A DNA stretch of 64,000 nt from Hyphomicrobiales bacterium (GTDB lineage: Bacteria; Pseudomonadota; Alphaproteobacteria; Rhizobiales; Beijerinckiaceae), in contig JANPPJ010000098.1 of NCBI GenBank assembly GCA_031428455.1, forward strand, positions 9,304 through 73,303. Reading direction: 5' to 3'. Numbering within the stretch: position 1 is the stretch's first letter; every line of letters begins with the position of its first letter. Position numbers and translations under genes: made by a program. Of this stretch, positions 46,856-55,027 are shown in pieces. The notes beneath the pieces were generated by a model. That model was given only the letters and a program-made list of their open reading frames with translations. It did no database searches and was not told where the DNA came from.

Positions 46856-47190
46856 CACGCGCCAACTAGTGGGCCGTCATAGCCGGACTTGATCCGGCTA
46901 TCCAGGCGTGCAGCTTGACGACTGACGCATGCATCTGGATGCGCGGATCAAGTCCGCGCATGACGGATTTGGGCCTCTTCCCTCTCTCGTGTGCGGGAGA
47001 AGTGAGAGACTTTGACGGGTTACACGCGCCAACTAGTGGGCCGTCATAGCCGGACTTGATCCGGCTATCCAAGGCGTACGGCTTAACGACTGACGCATGC
47101 ATCTGGATGCGCGGGTCAAGTCCGCGCATGACGGATTTGGGCATCTTCCCTCTCCCGTGCACGGGAGAAGGGAAAGTTTCCCGCGCACCT
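46856..47190 (+). repeat. two tandem ~167-bp units of a composite REP-like element (three hairpins per unit)
   Basis: The unit starts CACGCGCCAACTAGTGGGCCGTCAT at 46856 and again at 47023. Each unit has hairpins AGCCGGACTTGATCCGGCT, GCGCGGATCAAGTCCGCGC and CCCTCTC(C/T)CGTG..CGGGAGA. A related mini-hairpin ATGGTCGGC-GAAG-GCCGACCAT lies at 46821-46842. Confidence 0.85.
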
Positions 47191-47266
47191 GTAACGCTGC
47201 CTTTAAACTTCCGTGTCAGACCAACTAGCGATCTAGGACCAGTCACTTTGTCCAGCAAGCGCGACC

Positions 47267-47935
47267 ATGAAGCAAGTCTATATCCTTACGCCGTTACCAA
47301 GATCGGCTAAACCGCCGATGTTGGCCGTAATTGTGCTTTGGATGGGGATCGTTTTCTCGCCGTTTGTAGCTTTCACCGTGAATGGGCGTGTTGATGGTTC
47401 AAACTGGTTGCCGGCTATTTTCACTGCATGCTTCTGTCTTGCAGGCTTGGTTTTCTTGCATGTCCGCGCTGCGCGCGTCTTTCATCAGCTTCCTTCGGAT
47501 GTTCGCGCAGAGTATAATGAAGGCAGATTGTTGCATCCGCTGCCGCGCGAAAATTGCGAGACAAATCCAATCGAGTTTGCACTGGACAAGTCTGGCAAGT
47601 CGGTCGTCGGCTTGACGACGAGCGGCGCCTGGTTCGCGCCTGTGGCAGTCGCTGGCACATCCTGGAACAAAGTTCTTGAGATGGCGGATATCAACTCGAA
47701 GGCCCATCTGGCGGGGGGTGATCACTTGCCAACTCATGCCATTGGGTGGGCGCAGATAGCTGAATGGCAAGTTCGTGACGACAGGGACGGGCCCGCTTAC
47801 TACCGCATGACGCTATTGGACGGCGGCTACATAAATTTGAAACGCCCAAGCGATCCCGCCAAGGAGCAACTTGTCCTGGACTATGTTCGCGCAATTGGTG
47901 GCCGGCCTGTTCGCTTGTTTTGCGACGTGGTCTGA
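47267..47935 (+). CDS. hypothetical membrane protein (2 N-terminal TM helices + soluble domain)
   Basis: 222-aa ORF with lower GC than its flanks (one sampled line had 31/60 G+C). No recognisable motif and no clear SD. Confidence 0.55.
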   Translation: MKQVYILTPLPRSAKPPMLAVIVLWMGIVFSPFVAFTVNGRVDGSNWLPAIFTACFCLAGLVFLHVRAARVFHQLPSDVRAEYNEGRLLHPLPRENCETNPIEFALDKSGKSVVGLTTSGAWFAPVAVAGTSWNKVLEMADINSKAHLAGGDHLPTHAIGWAQIAEWQVRDDRDGPAYYRMTLLDGGYINLKRPSDPAKEQLVLDYVRAIGGRPVRLFCDVV

Positions 47936-47946
47936 ACCGGCGCAAA

Positions 47947-48062
47947 TTACACGCTCAAACGACGGGCCGTCATAGCCGGACTTGATCCGGCTATCCAAGC
48001 GTGCAGCTTAACGACTAACGCATGCGTCTGGATGCGCGGATCAAGTCCGCGCATGACGTAGT
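47947..48062 (+). repeat. third copy of the REP-like element (hairpins 1 and 2 only)
   Basis: TTACACGC..GGGCCGTCATAGCCGGACTTGATCCGGCTATCCAAGCGTGCAGCTTAACGACTAACGCATGCGTCTGGATGCGCGGATCAAGTCCGCGCATGAC, in the same orientation as the units at 46856-47190. Confidence 0.85.
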
Positions 48063-48161
48063 TGGAGGTGGATTATTCACGCGTCCAATCCGCAGCGGCA
48101 GGCCCGGTAGTAAGACTTTGCCTGCTGTGGATGCCGGCCTTCGCCAACATGACGCGCCCCC

Positions 48162-48794
48162 TTAAAACAACCCCCAAACCCATTCCGTAATCGCGACGCC
48201 AAACACCACCAGCGCGATGTTCCACGCAAAGCCAATCGCGGCCAGCACGGCGCCTGCGATGATCGCCAGACCGTCCTTCTCCATGATCCCGAAGGCGAAC
48301 ACCACGACGGCGAACGCCGGGCCCTGATTGCCGAACGGCACCGGCAACAGCAGCGTGGCGCCCATGATCAGCACAAGCAGGCCGACGATGGCAAGCGCCG
48401 AGCCTTCCGTGAGCGCGTGGAGGCGCGGGCGCAGCCTGCGTTCCAGCTTCAGCATCCACGTATCGAGCTTGTTCACGATGGATAGCAGCGCGCCCCGGGG
48501 CAGCGACTGGCGGCGGATCCAGCCCGGAAGGGCGACAGTTTCGCGACCGCGGATCATCTGCACGGCGACCAGCATCAGCGCAACGCCAAACACGAGACCG
48601 GTCGGCAGGCCGGGGATGGGGATGAAAGAGGGCAGGGCGAGCATCAGCAGAACAAGCCCATGGCCGGAGCGGCCAAGCGTGTCCACCATGGAACCGACGG
48701 TAGGGCGATCCATCGCCTCGGTCGCATCAATGAGTCGCCGCAACGCCTTGCGCGTTTCGCCGCCGTCCAGGGCGTCCTGCGCCGGTTCCGACAT
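48162..48794 (-). CDS. ExoD family exopolysaccharide synthesis protein
   Basis: ...DTLGRSGHGLVLLMLALPSFIPIPGLPTGLVFGVALMLVAVQM... is typical ExoD. Trimmed to the internal ATG (MSEPAQ...). Confidence 0.8.
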   Translation of the reverse strand: MSEPAQDALDGGETRKALRRLIDATEAMDRPTVGSMVDTLGRSGHGLVLLMLALPSFIPIPGLPTGLVFGVALMLVAVQMIRGRETVALPGWIRRQSLPRGALLSIVNKLDTWMLKLERRLRPRLHALTEGSALAIVGLLVLIMGATLLLPVPFGNQGPAFAVVVFAFGIMEKDGLAIIAGAVLAAIGFAWNIALVVFGVAITEWVWGLF

Positions 48795-48885
48795 ACTCAA
48801 ACTCCCTAGTGCGCATGCCTTGTACCCGGCAATGTCTCGCCGGGGCAACGATATTGCAAGCGCACACGATCCTGGAGGCGCATCG

Positions 48886-49170
48886 TCAGACGGCTTCAAG
48901 CAATTCGGAGCGCACCAATTGCTCAGTTTGGCCAAGACGTGAGCCGACTTCGCGATTGGTGACGTAGATGCCATTGGCGGCAAAGTCGCCGACGATGCGG
49001 GCGATCATGTCCTGCGGGCCGGGTTCGGCGAGGTCGCTGGCCATGATTTTCCCAGCATAAAGAGCCAGATCGTCGCCCTCATACCCCATAAGCTGACCTG
49101 CCCAGAGGCCCATGGAGAAGTTGCGGCGCTCGATGACGGAGTCGTGTGAAACGTGATCCAGACCGTACAT
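48886..49170 (-). CDS. DUF1476 protein (alphaproteobacterial F1-ATPase inhibitor zeta-subunit-like)
   Basis: RRNFSMGLWAGQLMGYEGDDLALYAGKIMASDLAEPGPQDMIARIV resembles the Paracoccus zeta subunit region RRNRLLGEWAAGLLGKTGDDARAYALTVVTSDFDEPGDEDV as I recall it. GGGAGG 6 nt upstream of the ATG at 49170. Confidence 0.7.
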   Translation of the reverse strand: MYGLDHVSHDSVIERRNFSMGLWAGQLMGYEGDDLALYAGKIMASDLAEPGPQDMIARIVGDFAANGIYVTNREVGSRLGQTEQLVRSELLEAV

Positions 49171-49363
49171 GTGAACCTCCCCCGGCGGCATGCGCCATGG
49201 TGTGAACAACTCATTTACGTGGCGGGACGCCGTTTGGATTGGACCGGGCGGGGGCCTCAGATGGCATTGCCGCCGCTTTCATTCACTTTGCCGGAGGAAA
49301 GCAGTCGCGGCGCCGCCCCGCCCTTGCTAAGAGAACGGCCAGCGTAACGAAGGCAGCAGGATC

Positions 49364-50491
49364 ATGGCGGACATCGGGGAGCGCGGGCTCCAGGGGCTTA
49401 TCGCCCATCTCGTCGAAGCGGGCTACGACCGCGCCGAGCCGGAGATCCTCCAGCCGGCGGGCGTCTTTCTCGATTCCGCAGGCGAGGACATCCGCAGCCG
49501 TCTCTATGTGACGTCCGACGGGGCGGGGGCGGAATTGTGCCTGCGACCCGAGTACACCATTCCCGTGTGCCTCGATTATCTGGCCTCCAGCGCGGCGGGC
49601 CGCCCTGCGGGCTTCTCCTATTTCGGCCGCGTTTTTCGCATTCGCGCCAACGGGCCGGGCGAGTTTTATCAGGCCGGGCTGGAAAGCTTCGGTCGCACGG
49701 ACCGTGAGGCGGCGGACGCCGAAATTCTCTCGCTCAGCCTCGAAGCGGCTGAAAAGAGCGGGGCTGACGCCCTGCAAATCCGCTTTGGCGATGCGGGCCT
49801 GTTTTCGCGCCTGCTTGAGGCGCTCAATCTCTCGCCGGTGTGGCTGCGGCGCATCCGCCGCGCCCATTCGCGGGGCGTTTCGCTGGCTGATCTGGTGAAG
49901 AGCGCGGACAAGGTGGACGGCGCCGATCATTCCGGCGTGCTCGCCGCGCTGGAGGGCGTGGACCGCAAGGGCGCTCGCGCGCTGGTGCAGGATCTTCTCT
50001 CCATCGCCGGCATCTCGTCGGTGGGCGGTCGCAGTTCGGCGGAAATTGCAGAGCGGTTTCTGGAGCAGGCATCGCTGCAGGGCGGGGCGGGCTTCTCGCA
50101 GGAAAAGCGTCAGGTCATCGAAAGCTGGCTCGCTGTGGGCGGCAACCCGGATGCGTCCTCGCGGGCGCTGCGCACGCTGGCGCAGGATGCGGGCCTTGAT
50201 CTGCGCGCGCCGCTGGATGCGTTCGACGAGCGGCTGGGCTTTATCGGGGCGCGTGGGCTCGACGTTAACGGCCTCAATTTCGCGGCAGGCTTTGGTCGCA
50301 ACCTCGATTATTACACGGGCTTCGTTTTCGAAGCCCACGACCCCCGTCGCACAGACGGGCGCCCGGTTGTGGGCGGCGGCCGCTATGACGGCCTGCTGCG
50401 CACGCTCGGCGCGAGCGAAGACATCCCCGCCGTCGGCGCCGCCATCTGGTGCGAACGCCTCACAGACCCCACCGCTGGAGCCGCCGAATGA
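49364..50491 (+). CDS. hisZ: ATP phosphoribosyltransferase regulatory subunit
   Basis: HisS paralogue lacking an anticodon-binding domain ([20 protein letters not shown]). Its stop overlaps the hisG ATG (ATGA). Confidence 0.9.
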   Translation: MADIGERGLQGLIAHLVEAGYDRAEPEILQPAGVFLDSAGEDIRSRLYVTSDGAGAELCLRPEYTIPVCLDYLASSAAGRPAGFSYFGRVFRIRANGPGEFYQAGLESFGRTDREAADAEILSLSLEAAEKSGADALQIRFGDAGLFSRLLEALNLSPVWLRRIRRAHSRGVSLADLVKSADKVDGADHSGVLAALEGVDRKGARALVQDLLSIAGISSVGGRSSAEIAERFLEQASLQGGAGFSQEKRQVIESWLAVGGNPDASSRALRTLAQDAGLDLRAPLDAFDERLGFIGARGLDVNGLNFAAGFGRNLDYYTGFVFEAHDPRRTDGRPVVGGGRYDGLLRTLGASEDIPAVGAAIWCERLTDPTAGAAE

Positions 50492-51465
50492 GCGACGCAC
50501 CCAACGCGGCGCTGACGCTCGCCGTCCCCTCCAAGGGCCGCCTGCAGGAAAACGCCTTCAACTTCTTCGCCCGCGCAGGGCTGAAACTCATGCAGAGTCG
50601 CGGCGCGCGCGATTATCGCGGCGTGCTGCGCGAGATCCCCGGCGTCGAGGTGGCGTTTCTGTCCGCCTCCGAAATCGTCTCGCAGCTGGCCACTGGCGCG
50701 GCGCATCTTGGCGTCACTGGCGAAGATCTCGTGCGCGAAACCATGGCCGACGCTGATCAGAAGGTTGAGTTGCTCACGCCGCTGGGCTTTGGCCACGCCA
50801 ACGTGGTTGTCGCTGTGCCGCAGGCCTGGATTGATGTGCGCACAATGGCGGACCTTGAGGACGTGGCCGCAGCCTTCCACGCGCGGCGCGGCCAGCGCAT
50901 GCGCGTCGCCACAAAATACGTGAACCTGACGCGCCGCTTCTTCGCGCAGATGGGCGTCAGTGATTACCGCATCGTTGAATCTCTGGGCGCCACCGAGGGC
51001 GCGCCCGCCGCAGGACAAGCGGAACTGATCGTCGACATCACCACCACGGGCGCCACGCTGGAAGCCAACGCGCTCAAGGTGCTGGATGATGGAATCATGC
51101 TGCGCTCGCAGGCCAATCTCGTCGCCTCCGTCAACGCGACGTGGAGCCCCCAAACATTATCGCTGGCCCGCGCCATTCTTTCGCGCATCGCGGCTGAAGA
51201 AGAAGCTCGCACCACACGCAGCGTGCGCGCCCGCGTTGCTGATGTGGCGGAGACGGCCCGGCTTGCGGGCGAGACGTTCGGCGCTCGCGCGTTGATGGGC
51301 GTCGATGGTCCCGCGCTTGAACTTGTTTGTCCCGCGGACGAAATAGCGCCACTGGCGGACTGGCTCATCGCGCGCGGCGCGCAACACGTCACGGTGTCGT
51401 CGCTCGATTACGTCTTCAGCGCGCATAACCCGCTGTATGAGAAGCTCGCCGCCCGCGTGGCGTGA
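50488..51465 (+). CDS. hisG: ATP phosphoribosyltransferase (with C-terminal HisG_C-like extension)
   Basis: [24 protein letters not shown], and [16 protein letters not shown] (PRPP loop). 325 aa, including a ~100-aa C-terminal domain. Confidence 0.9.
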   Translation: MSDAPNAALTLAVPSKGRLQENAFNFFARAGLKLMQSRGARDYRGVLREIPGVEVAFLSASEIVSQLATGAAHLGVTGEDLVRETMADADQKVELLTPLGFGHANVVVAVPQAWIDVRTMADLEDVAAAFHARRGQRMRVATKYVNLTRRFFAQMGVSDYRIVESLGATEGAPAAGQAELIVDITTTGATLEANALKVLDDGIMLRSQANLVASVNATWSPQTLSLARAILSRIAAEEEARTTRSVRARVADVAETARLAGETFGARALMGVDGPALELVCPADEIAPLADWLIARGAQHVTVSSLDYVFSAHNPLYEKLAARVA

Positions 51466-51508
51466 AGCGGCGGGCCTCGGGCTGGCGAACGCGAATACAC
51501 CCAACGCT

Positions 51509-51538
51509 GTCATGCGCGGGCTTGACCCGCGCATCCAG
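51509..51538 (-). repeat. isolated REP hairpin 2, inverted orientation
   Basis: GTCATGCGCGGGCTTGACCCGCGCATCCAG is the reverse complement of the CTGGATGCGCGG.TCAAG.CCGCGCATGAC module. Confidence 0.75.
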
Positions 51539-51549
51539 ACGCTTCGCGA

Positions 51550-51603
51550 ATGATCGGCAAAGCTGGCCCTTGGCTTCAATGGCTCGACGCCGGAAGCCGC
51601 TGG
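51550..51603 (+). pseudogene. decayed fragment of the GH3 (NagZ-like) gene 5' region
   Basis: ATGATCGGCAAAGCTGGCCCTTGGCTTCAATGGCTCGACGCCGGAAGCCGCTGG aligns to 52978-53033 of the intact gene (ATGATCGGCGAAATGCTGGTTCTTGGCTTCAACGGCTCGACGCCGGAAGCGCCTGG), with a 2-nt deletion and several substitutions. Confidence 0.6.
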
Positions 51604-51663
51604 GGTTTTAGAAGCGCCAACCGCAGAGGCGGCCCCGCACTTGCTCTTGGCCCGCTGACTGAT

Positions 51664-52545
51664 TCAGTTCGGGTTCGGGTAAATGCTTATTCCTATCTCG
51701 CAGGATGAGGTCCGACCTTGTCGGGGCGAAATATAGGTACAAGTGGTTTCGTACCCGTAGCGACGGCTGAAGTGGTTAATTGGTTCACGCTCAGCTCTCC
51801 GAGTACATTCCTGCAAATGTTTTATGATGGTTGGCTTTATGTTTGGGCGGACACCAACAAGGTTCGCGATGTCTTCATAAAAGCTGGCTGGCGGTTTGCA
51901 GGATTTGTAGCTAGCTGTGACATTGATGATTGGTTTAAGCCAAGAGCAGCCAAAGCTTCCATCGCTAATGTCCTCTCCGACATAAGGGAACTTGAAAGCA
52001 ACGATTTCGCTGGTTTGCCTCAAAAGCGTCAGGCCATGAGTATTCGCAAGCCGGACAATTTCGGGGAGACATTGAGAGATCGAGCCCCGCCTTTGCAGGG
52101 ATTCTTCTCCTCCTAGCGCGTAAGCACCCGGAACACCAACTAACGTTCGGCCCAGATACTCACACCGAATATTCCCATTCGGCAAGGCATCGAAATTCTC
52201 AATACGAGAGAATTTTAGTGCCTCTCGCTCCGTTGGCGTAAGTTCTTGGAGTACCGTGTTTCTCTGGAGCTCTTGTCTGTTCACCAGAGCGCGACATGCC
52301 ATTAAGGCATTCGGAGCAACGCCTTCTGACCTAATCATTTTGAAGACAGCAGAAGGATTGATTTCTAGGGCCGCCTTAACCTCTATATTTAGCTCGGCTC
52401 TTCGTATCGTTATGCAGATGCTGCTTACAGGGTTCCGGGTGCAAGCATTATTCTTCTTAACGAGTTCGTCTGCAGAAGGGGCTGCACGGAAAATTGATTC
52501 TATTGAGACTAGAAAAATAAAAACAACCGTCTTTACGTGTTTCAC
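51664..52545 (-). CDS. secreted cysteine-rich hypothetical protein (AT-rich islet)
   Basis: 293 aa. Signal-like N terminus MKHVKTVVFIFLVSIESIFRAAP. 10 Cys. One sampled 60-nt line had 26 G+C. No recognisable family. Confidence 0.65.
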   Translation of the reverse strand: MKHVKTVVFIFLVSIESIFRAAPSADELVKKNNACTRNPVSSICITIRRAELNIEVKAALEINPSAVFKMIRSEGVAPNALMACRALVNRQELQRNTVLQELTPTEREALKFSRIENFDALPNGNIRCEYLGRTLVGVPGAYALGGEESLQRRGSISQCLPEIVRLANTHGLTLLRQTSEIVAFKFPYVGEDISDGSFGCSWLKPIINVTASYKSCKPPASFYEDIANLVGVRPNIKPTIIKHLQECTRRAEREPINHFSRRYGYETTCTYISPRQGRTSSCEIGISIYPNPN

Positions 52546-52662
52546 GTTTTCGTCCCAAAGCTATAATTTCGCTCGCCGGACGAATATTCAAAATCAGCTA
52601 AAATACGTCTGACGATGTAGGGGTCGAATGTAAGCGCAGGAGCCCGTTTGAAGTCAAGGCAG

Positions 52663-52740
52663 GTGACGGTAGCCGCGCTCGATTACGTCTTCAGCGCGCA
52701 TAATCCGCTTTACGAGAAGCTCGCCGCCCGCGTAGCGTAG
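52663..52740 (+). pseudogene. diverged relic of the last 25 codons + stop of hisG
   Basis: Translates [25 protein letters not shown], versus [25 protein letters not shown] at 51388-51465. 67/78 nt are identical by hand alignment. The differences are mostly synonymous third positions and the frame and stop are preserved. Confidence 0.85.
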
Positions 52741-52758
52741 CCACCTCCAGCCGTCACT

Positions 52759-52789
52759 CCTGGATACGCGGGTCGAGCCCGCGTATGAC
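52759..52789 (+). repeat. isolated REP hairpin 2 copy
   Basis: CCTGGATACGCGGGTCGAGCCCGCGTATGAC, in the same orientation as the 46.9-48.1 kb copies. Confidence 0.7.
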
Positions 52790-52887
52790 GAGCCTCTGCG
52801 AGCGCCCCGCATCCTCACGCCTTGCTTGCGCCCCAACCCTTGGGCAGATTGCGCGCGCTGGCATGAGCCGCGTGCAGGAGCCGATTC

Positions 52888-53973
52888 GTGACGACAACCA
52901 TTTCCCGCCGCATGGTGCTGGCTGGCGCGATCGCCGCCCCTTACGTCACGAAGGCTTCTGCCGCGGCTGACGAGAACATGATCGGCGAAATGCTGGTTCT
53001 TGGCTTCAACGGCTCGACGCCGGAAGCGCCTGGCGTGCAGGGCCTTGCGCGACATCTGAATGCGGGGCGCGTCGGCGGCGTGTGCTTTCTTGGCTACAAC
53101 TCCCGCACGCGCGCAGGCATCGAGGGCATCACGAAAGTGTTCCAGTCGAGTGCGTCGCGCACAAAGCCGCTAATCAGCGTCGATCAGGAAGGCGGCGCCG
53201 TGCAGCGCCTTGGCGCGCGCTCAGGGTATGACGCTATTCCCACGGCGCAGGCGCTCGCAACGCGCGGCTCGCCCGAGGAGGCCTATGGCGTGTATCAGCG
53301 CATGGCGCGCACGTTGCGGGCGGCAGGGTTCAATCTCAATCTCGCGCCCGTGGTTGATCTCGGTTTTGAGCCCCGGAACCCCGTCATTGCGAAATGGGGC
53401 CGCGCCTATGGTTCCGACGGCGCAACCGTCGCGCGCTTCGCAACGGAGTTTGTAAAAAGCCATCGCGCTGAGCGTGTGCTGACAGCGGTGAAGCACTTCC
53501 CCGGCCACGGCTCAACGCTTGGCGACAGCCATGAGCGGCCAATTGATCTGACCCCAACATGGCGTCCGGATGAGCTGGAGCCTTTCCGTCGCATGGCGCG
53601 GGCCAGCGCAATCGACATCGTCATGACGGGCCATCTTGCGCATGCCAAACTGACAGGCGGCGAGCCAGCCACGTTGTCGCGCACGGCTATTGAAGGCGTG
53701 CTGCGCCGCGATATTGGCTTTCAGGGCGCGGTGATGACCGACGATCTCGATATGGCGGCGATCCGCTCCAGCTTCGCGCTGCCAGACGCTGTCGTGCGCG
53801 CCATTGCGGCGGGCAACGACATCATCCTGCTGTCTAACTCTCTGAAGCCGGATCCAAATCTGCCGGTCGTTTTGATCGCAGCTGTGAAGGATGCGGCCGC
53901 ATCAGGCCGCATTCCCAAGGGTCGCATCGAACAGTCTGTCGAGCGGATCACGCGCCTCAAGGCGCGGGTTTGA
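52888..53973 (+). CDS. glycoside hydrolase family 3 N-terminal-domain protein (NagZ-like beta-N-acetylhexosaminidase), exported
   Basis: GTG start. Signal MTTTISRRMVLAGAIAAPYVTKASAAA. Contains ISVDQEGGAVQRL, NLAPVVDL, KHFPGHG and VMTDDLDM motifs. Confidence 0.8.
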   Translation: MTTTISRRMVLAGAIAAPYVTKASAAADENMIGEMLVLGFNGSTPEAPGVQGLARHLNAGRVGGVCFLGYNSRTRAGIEGITKVFQSSASRTKPLISVDQEGGAVQRLGARSGYDAIPTAQALATRGSPEEAYGVYQRMARTLRAAGFNLNLAPVVDLGFEPRNPVIAKWGRAYGSDGATVARFATEFVKSHRAERVLTAVKHFPGHGSTLGDSHERPIDLTPTWRPDELEPFRRMARASAIDIVMTGHLAHAKLTGGEPATLSRTAIEGVLRRDIGFQGAVMTDDLDMAAIRSSFALPDAVVRAIAAGNDIILLSNSLKPDPNLPVVLIAAVKDAAASGRIPKGRIEQSVERITRLKARV

Positions 53974-53989
53974 CATTGGCGCGCAGGGA

Positions 53990-54469
53990 TTAACTTTCCA
54001 GCCCGCCCATGTGCTTTTGCGCATAAAGCTGCACGCCGATGGTCTTGATCAGATTGATCTGCGTTTCGAGAAAGTCGATGTGATGTTCCTCGTCGCTCGC
54101 AATCTGCTCGAACAGCATCTTTGACACGCGGTCGTTGACGCTGTCGCAATACTGGGCGGCTTCAAGATAAAGTGCGCGCGCCTCAATTTCATAGGAGAGA
54201 TCGGATTCCATGATCTCCTCGATGGTCTGTCCGATACGCAGCGGGTCGAGGTTCTGCATGTTCGGAAAGCCGTCGAGGAAAAGAATGCGGTCGACGAATT
54301 TGTCCGCGTGGCCCATTTCTTCGATGGATTCTGCGCGCCACTGCTTGCCGAGATCTTTGAAGCCCCAGTTGTCGAGCAGGCGATAGTGCAGCCAGTACTG
54401 GTTGATGGCCGTCAATTCGCTCCGCAGCCCGCGGTTCATGTACTCGAGGACTTTTGGATCGCCGCGCAT
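53990..54469 (-). CDS. bfr: bacterioferritin
   Basis: MRGDPKVLEYMNRGLRSELTAINQYWLHYRLLDNWGFKDLGKQWRAESIEEMGHADKFVDRILFLDG. 159 aa from the internal ATG. Confidence 0.95.
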   Translation of the reverse strand: MRGDPKVLEYMNRGLRSELTAINQYWLHYRLLDNWGFKDLGKQWRAESIEEMGHADKFVDRILFLDGFPNMQNLDPLRIGQTIEEIMESDLSYEIEARALYLEAAQYCDSVNDRVSKMLFEQIASDEEHHIDFLETQINLIKTIGVQLYAQKHMGGLES

Positions 54470-54570
54470 GTGTAACTCCAGAGGCGTAAGGGAAGAAACC
54501 TGAGCTGCGCCACAGCGGCAGCTGCGCTTAAAACAAACCACCGGACGAATGGTTCAGTGCCGAGACAAAT

Positions 54571-54801
54571 TTACGCAGCGCCGGCCAAGACAGCTTCCGG
54601 CAGGGCTTCGTCTGACAGGGCGACTGAGCAGCAAACGCCAGCGTCCTTCATGATGCTGCGAATGGAGCGCGCGCACCGCCCGCACTGGGGCGAACAGCCG
54701 AGGCAGCCGTACACTTCGCTCACCTTGCGGGGCGCATGCGTGTTTTCTACGACGTCGCGCACTTGTTTGTCTGACAGGATGTTGCAGGAACAGACAATCA
54801 T
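54571..54801 (-). CDS. bfd: bacterioferritin-associated ferredoxin
   Basis: MIVCSCNILSDKQVRDVV...CLGCSPQCGRCARSI gives the four-Cys [2Fe-2S] Bfd pattern. It lies upstream of bfr. Confidence 0.85.
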   Translation of the reverse strand: MIVCSCNILSDKQVRDVVENTHAPRKVSEVYGCLGCSPQCGRCARSIRSIMKDAGVCCSVALSDEALPEAVLAGAA

Positions 54802-54814
54802 CGCTCCCCCTCAG

Positions 54815-54831
54815 TTTGTAATCGTTCTAAA
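54815..54831 (-). promoter_or_regulatory. candidate Irr-binding ICE upstream of bfd-bfr
   Basis: The minus strand reads TTTAGAACGATTACAAA: a perfect TTTAGAA half-site and 12/14 overall vs TTTAGAA-N3-TTCTAAA. It lies 14-30 nt upstream of the bfd ATG. Confidence 0.5.
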
Positions 54832-55027
54832 ATTACTTTAATTTCAGTTACTTAGTAGCGCGCGCTGATCGCCCTGTAAAGCTTCATCTCGGGCTCGCCG
54901 AGGGCGTAAATGTCTAATGCCGCCGCCCGTTGTGCGCTGGCGCACATCGGCCTGCGCAAAGGCCGCCTAATCTCCAGTTCATCGGCGGCGGACATCGCGG
55001 CCAGGACGCAGAAGACGGAGAGATCAG

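Noticed and set aside
46866-47258. 130-aa ORF with an internal duplication (…MRGLDPRIQMHASVV… twice)
   Set aside because: It is produced by reading through the two tandem REP-like units. The duplication is at the DNA-repeat level, so this is not a gene. Similar REP-derived ORFs at 47813..47998, 51157..51579 and 52654..53055 were also rejected.
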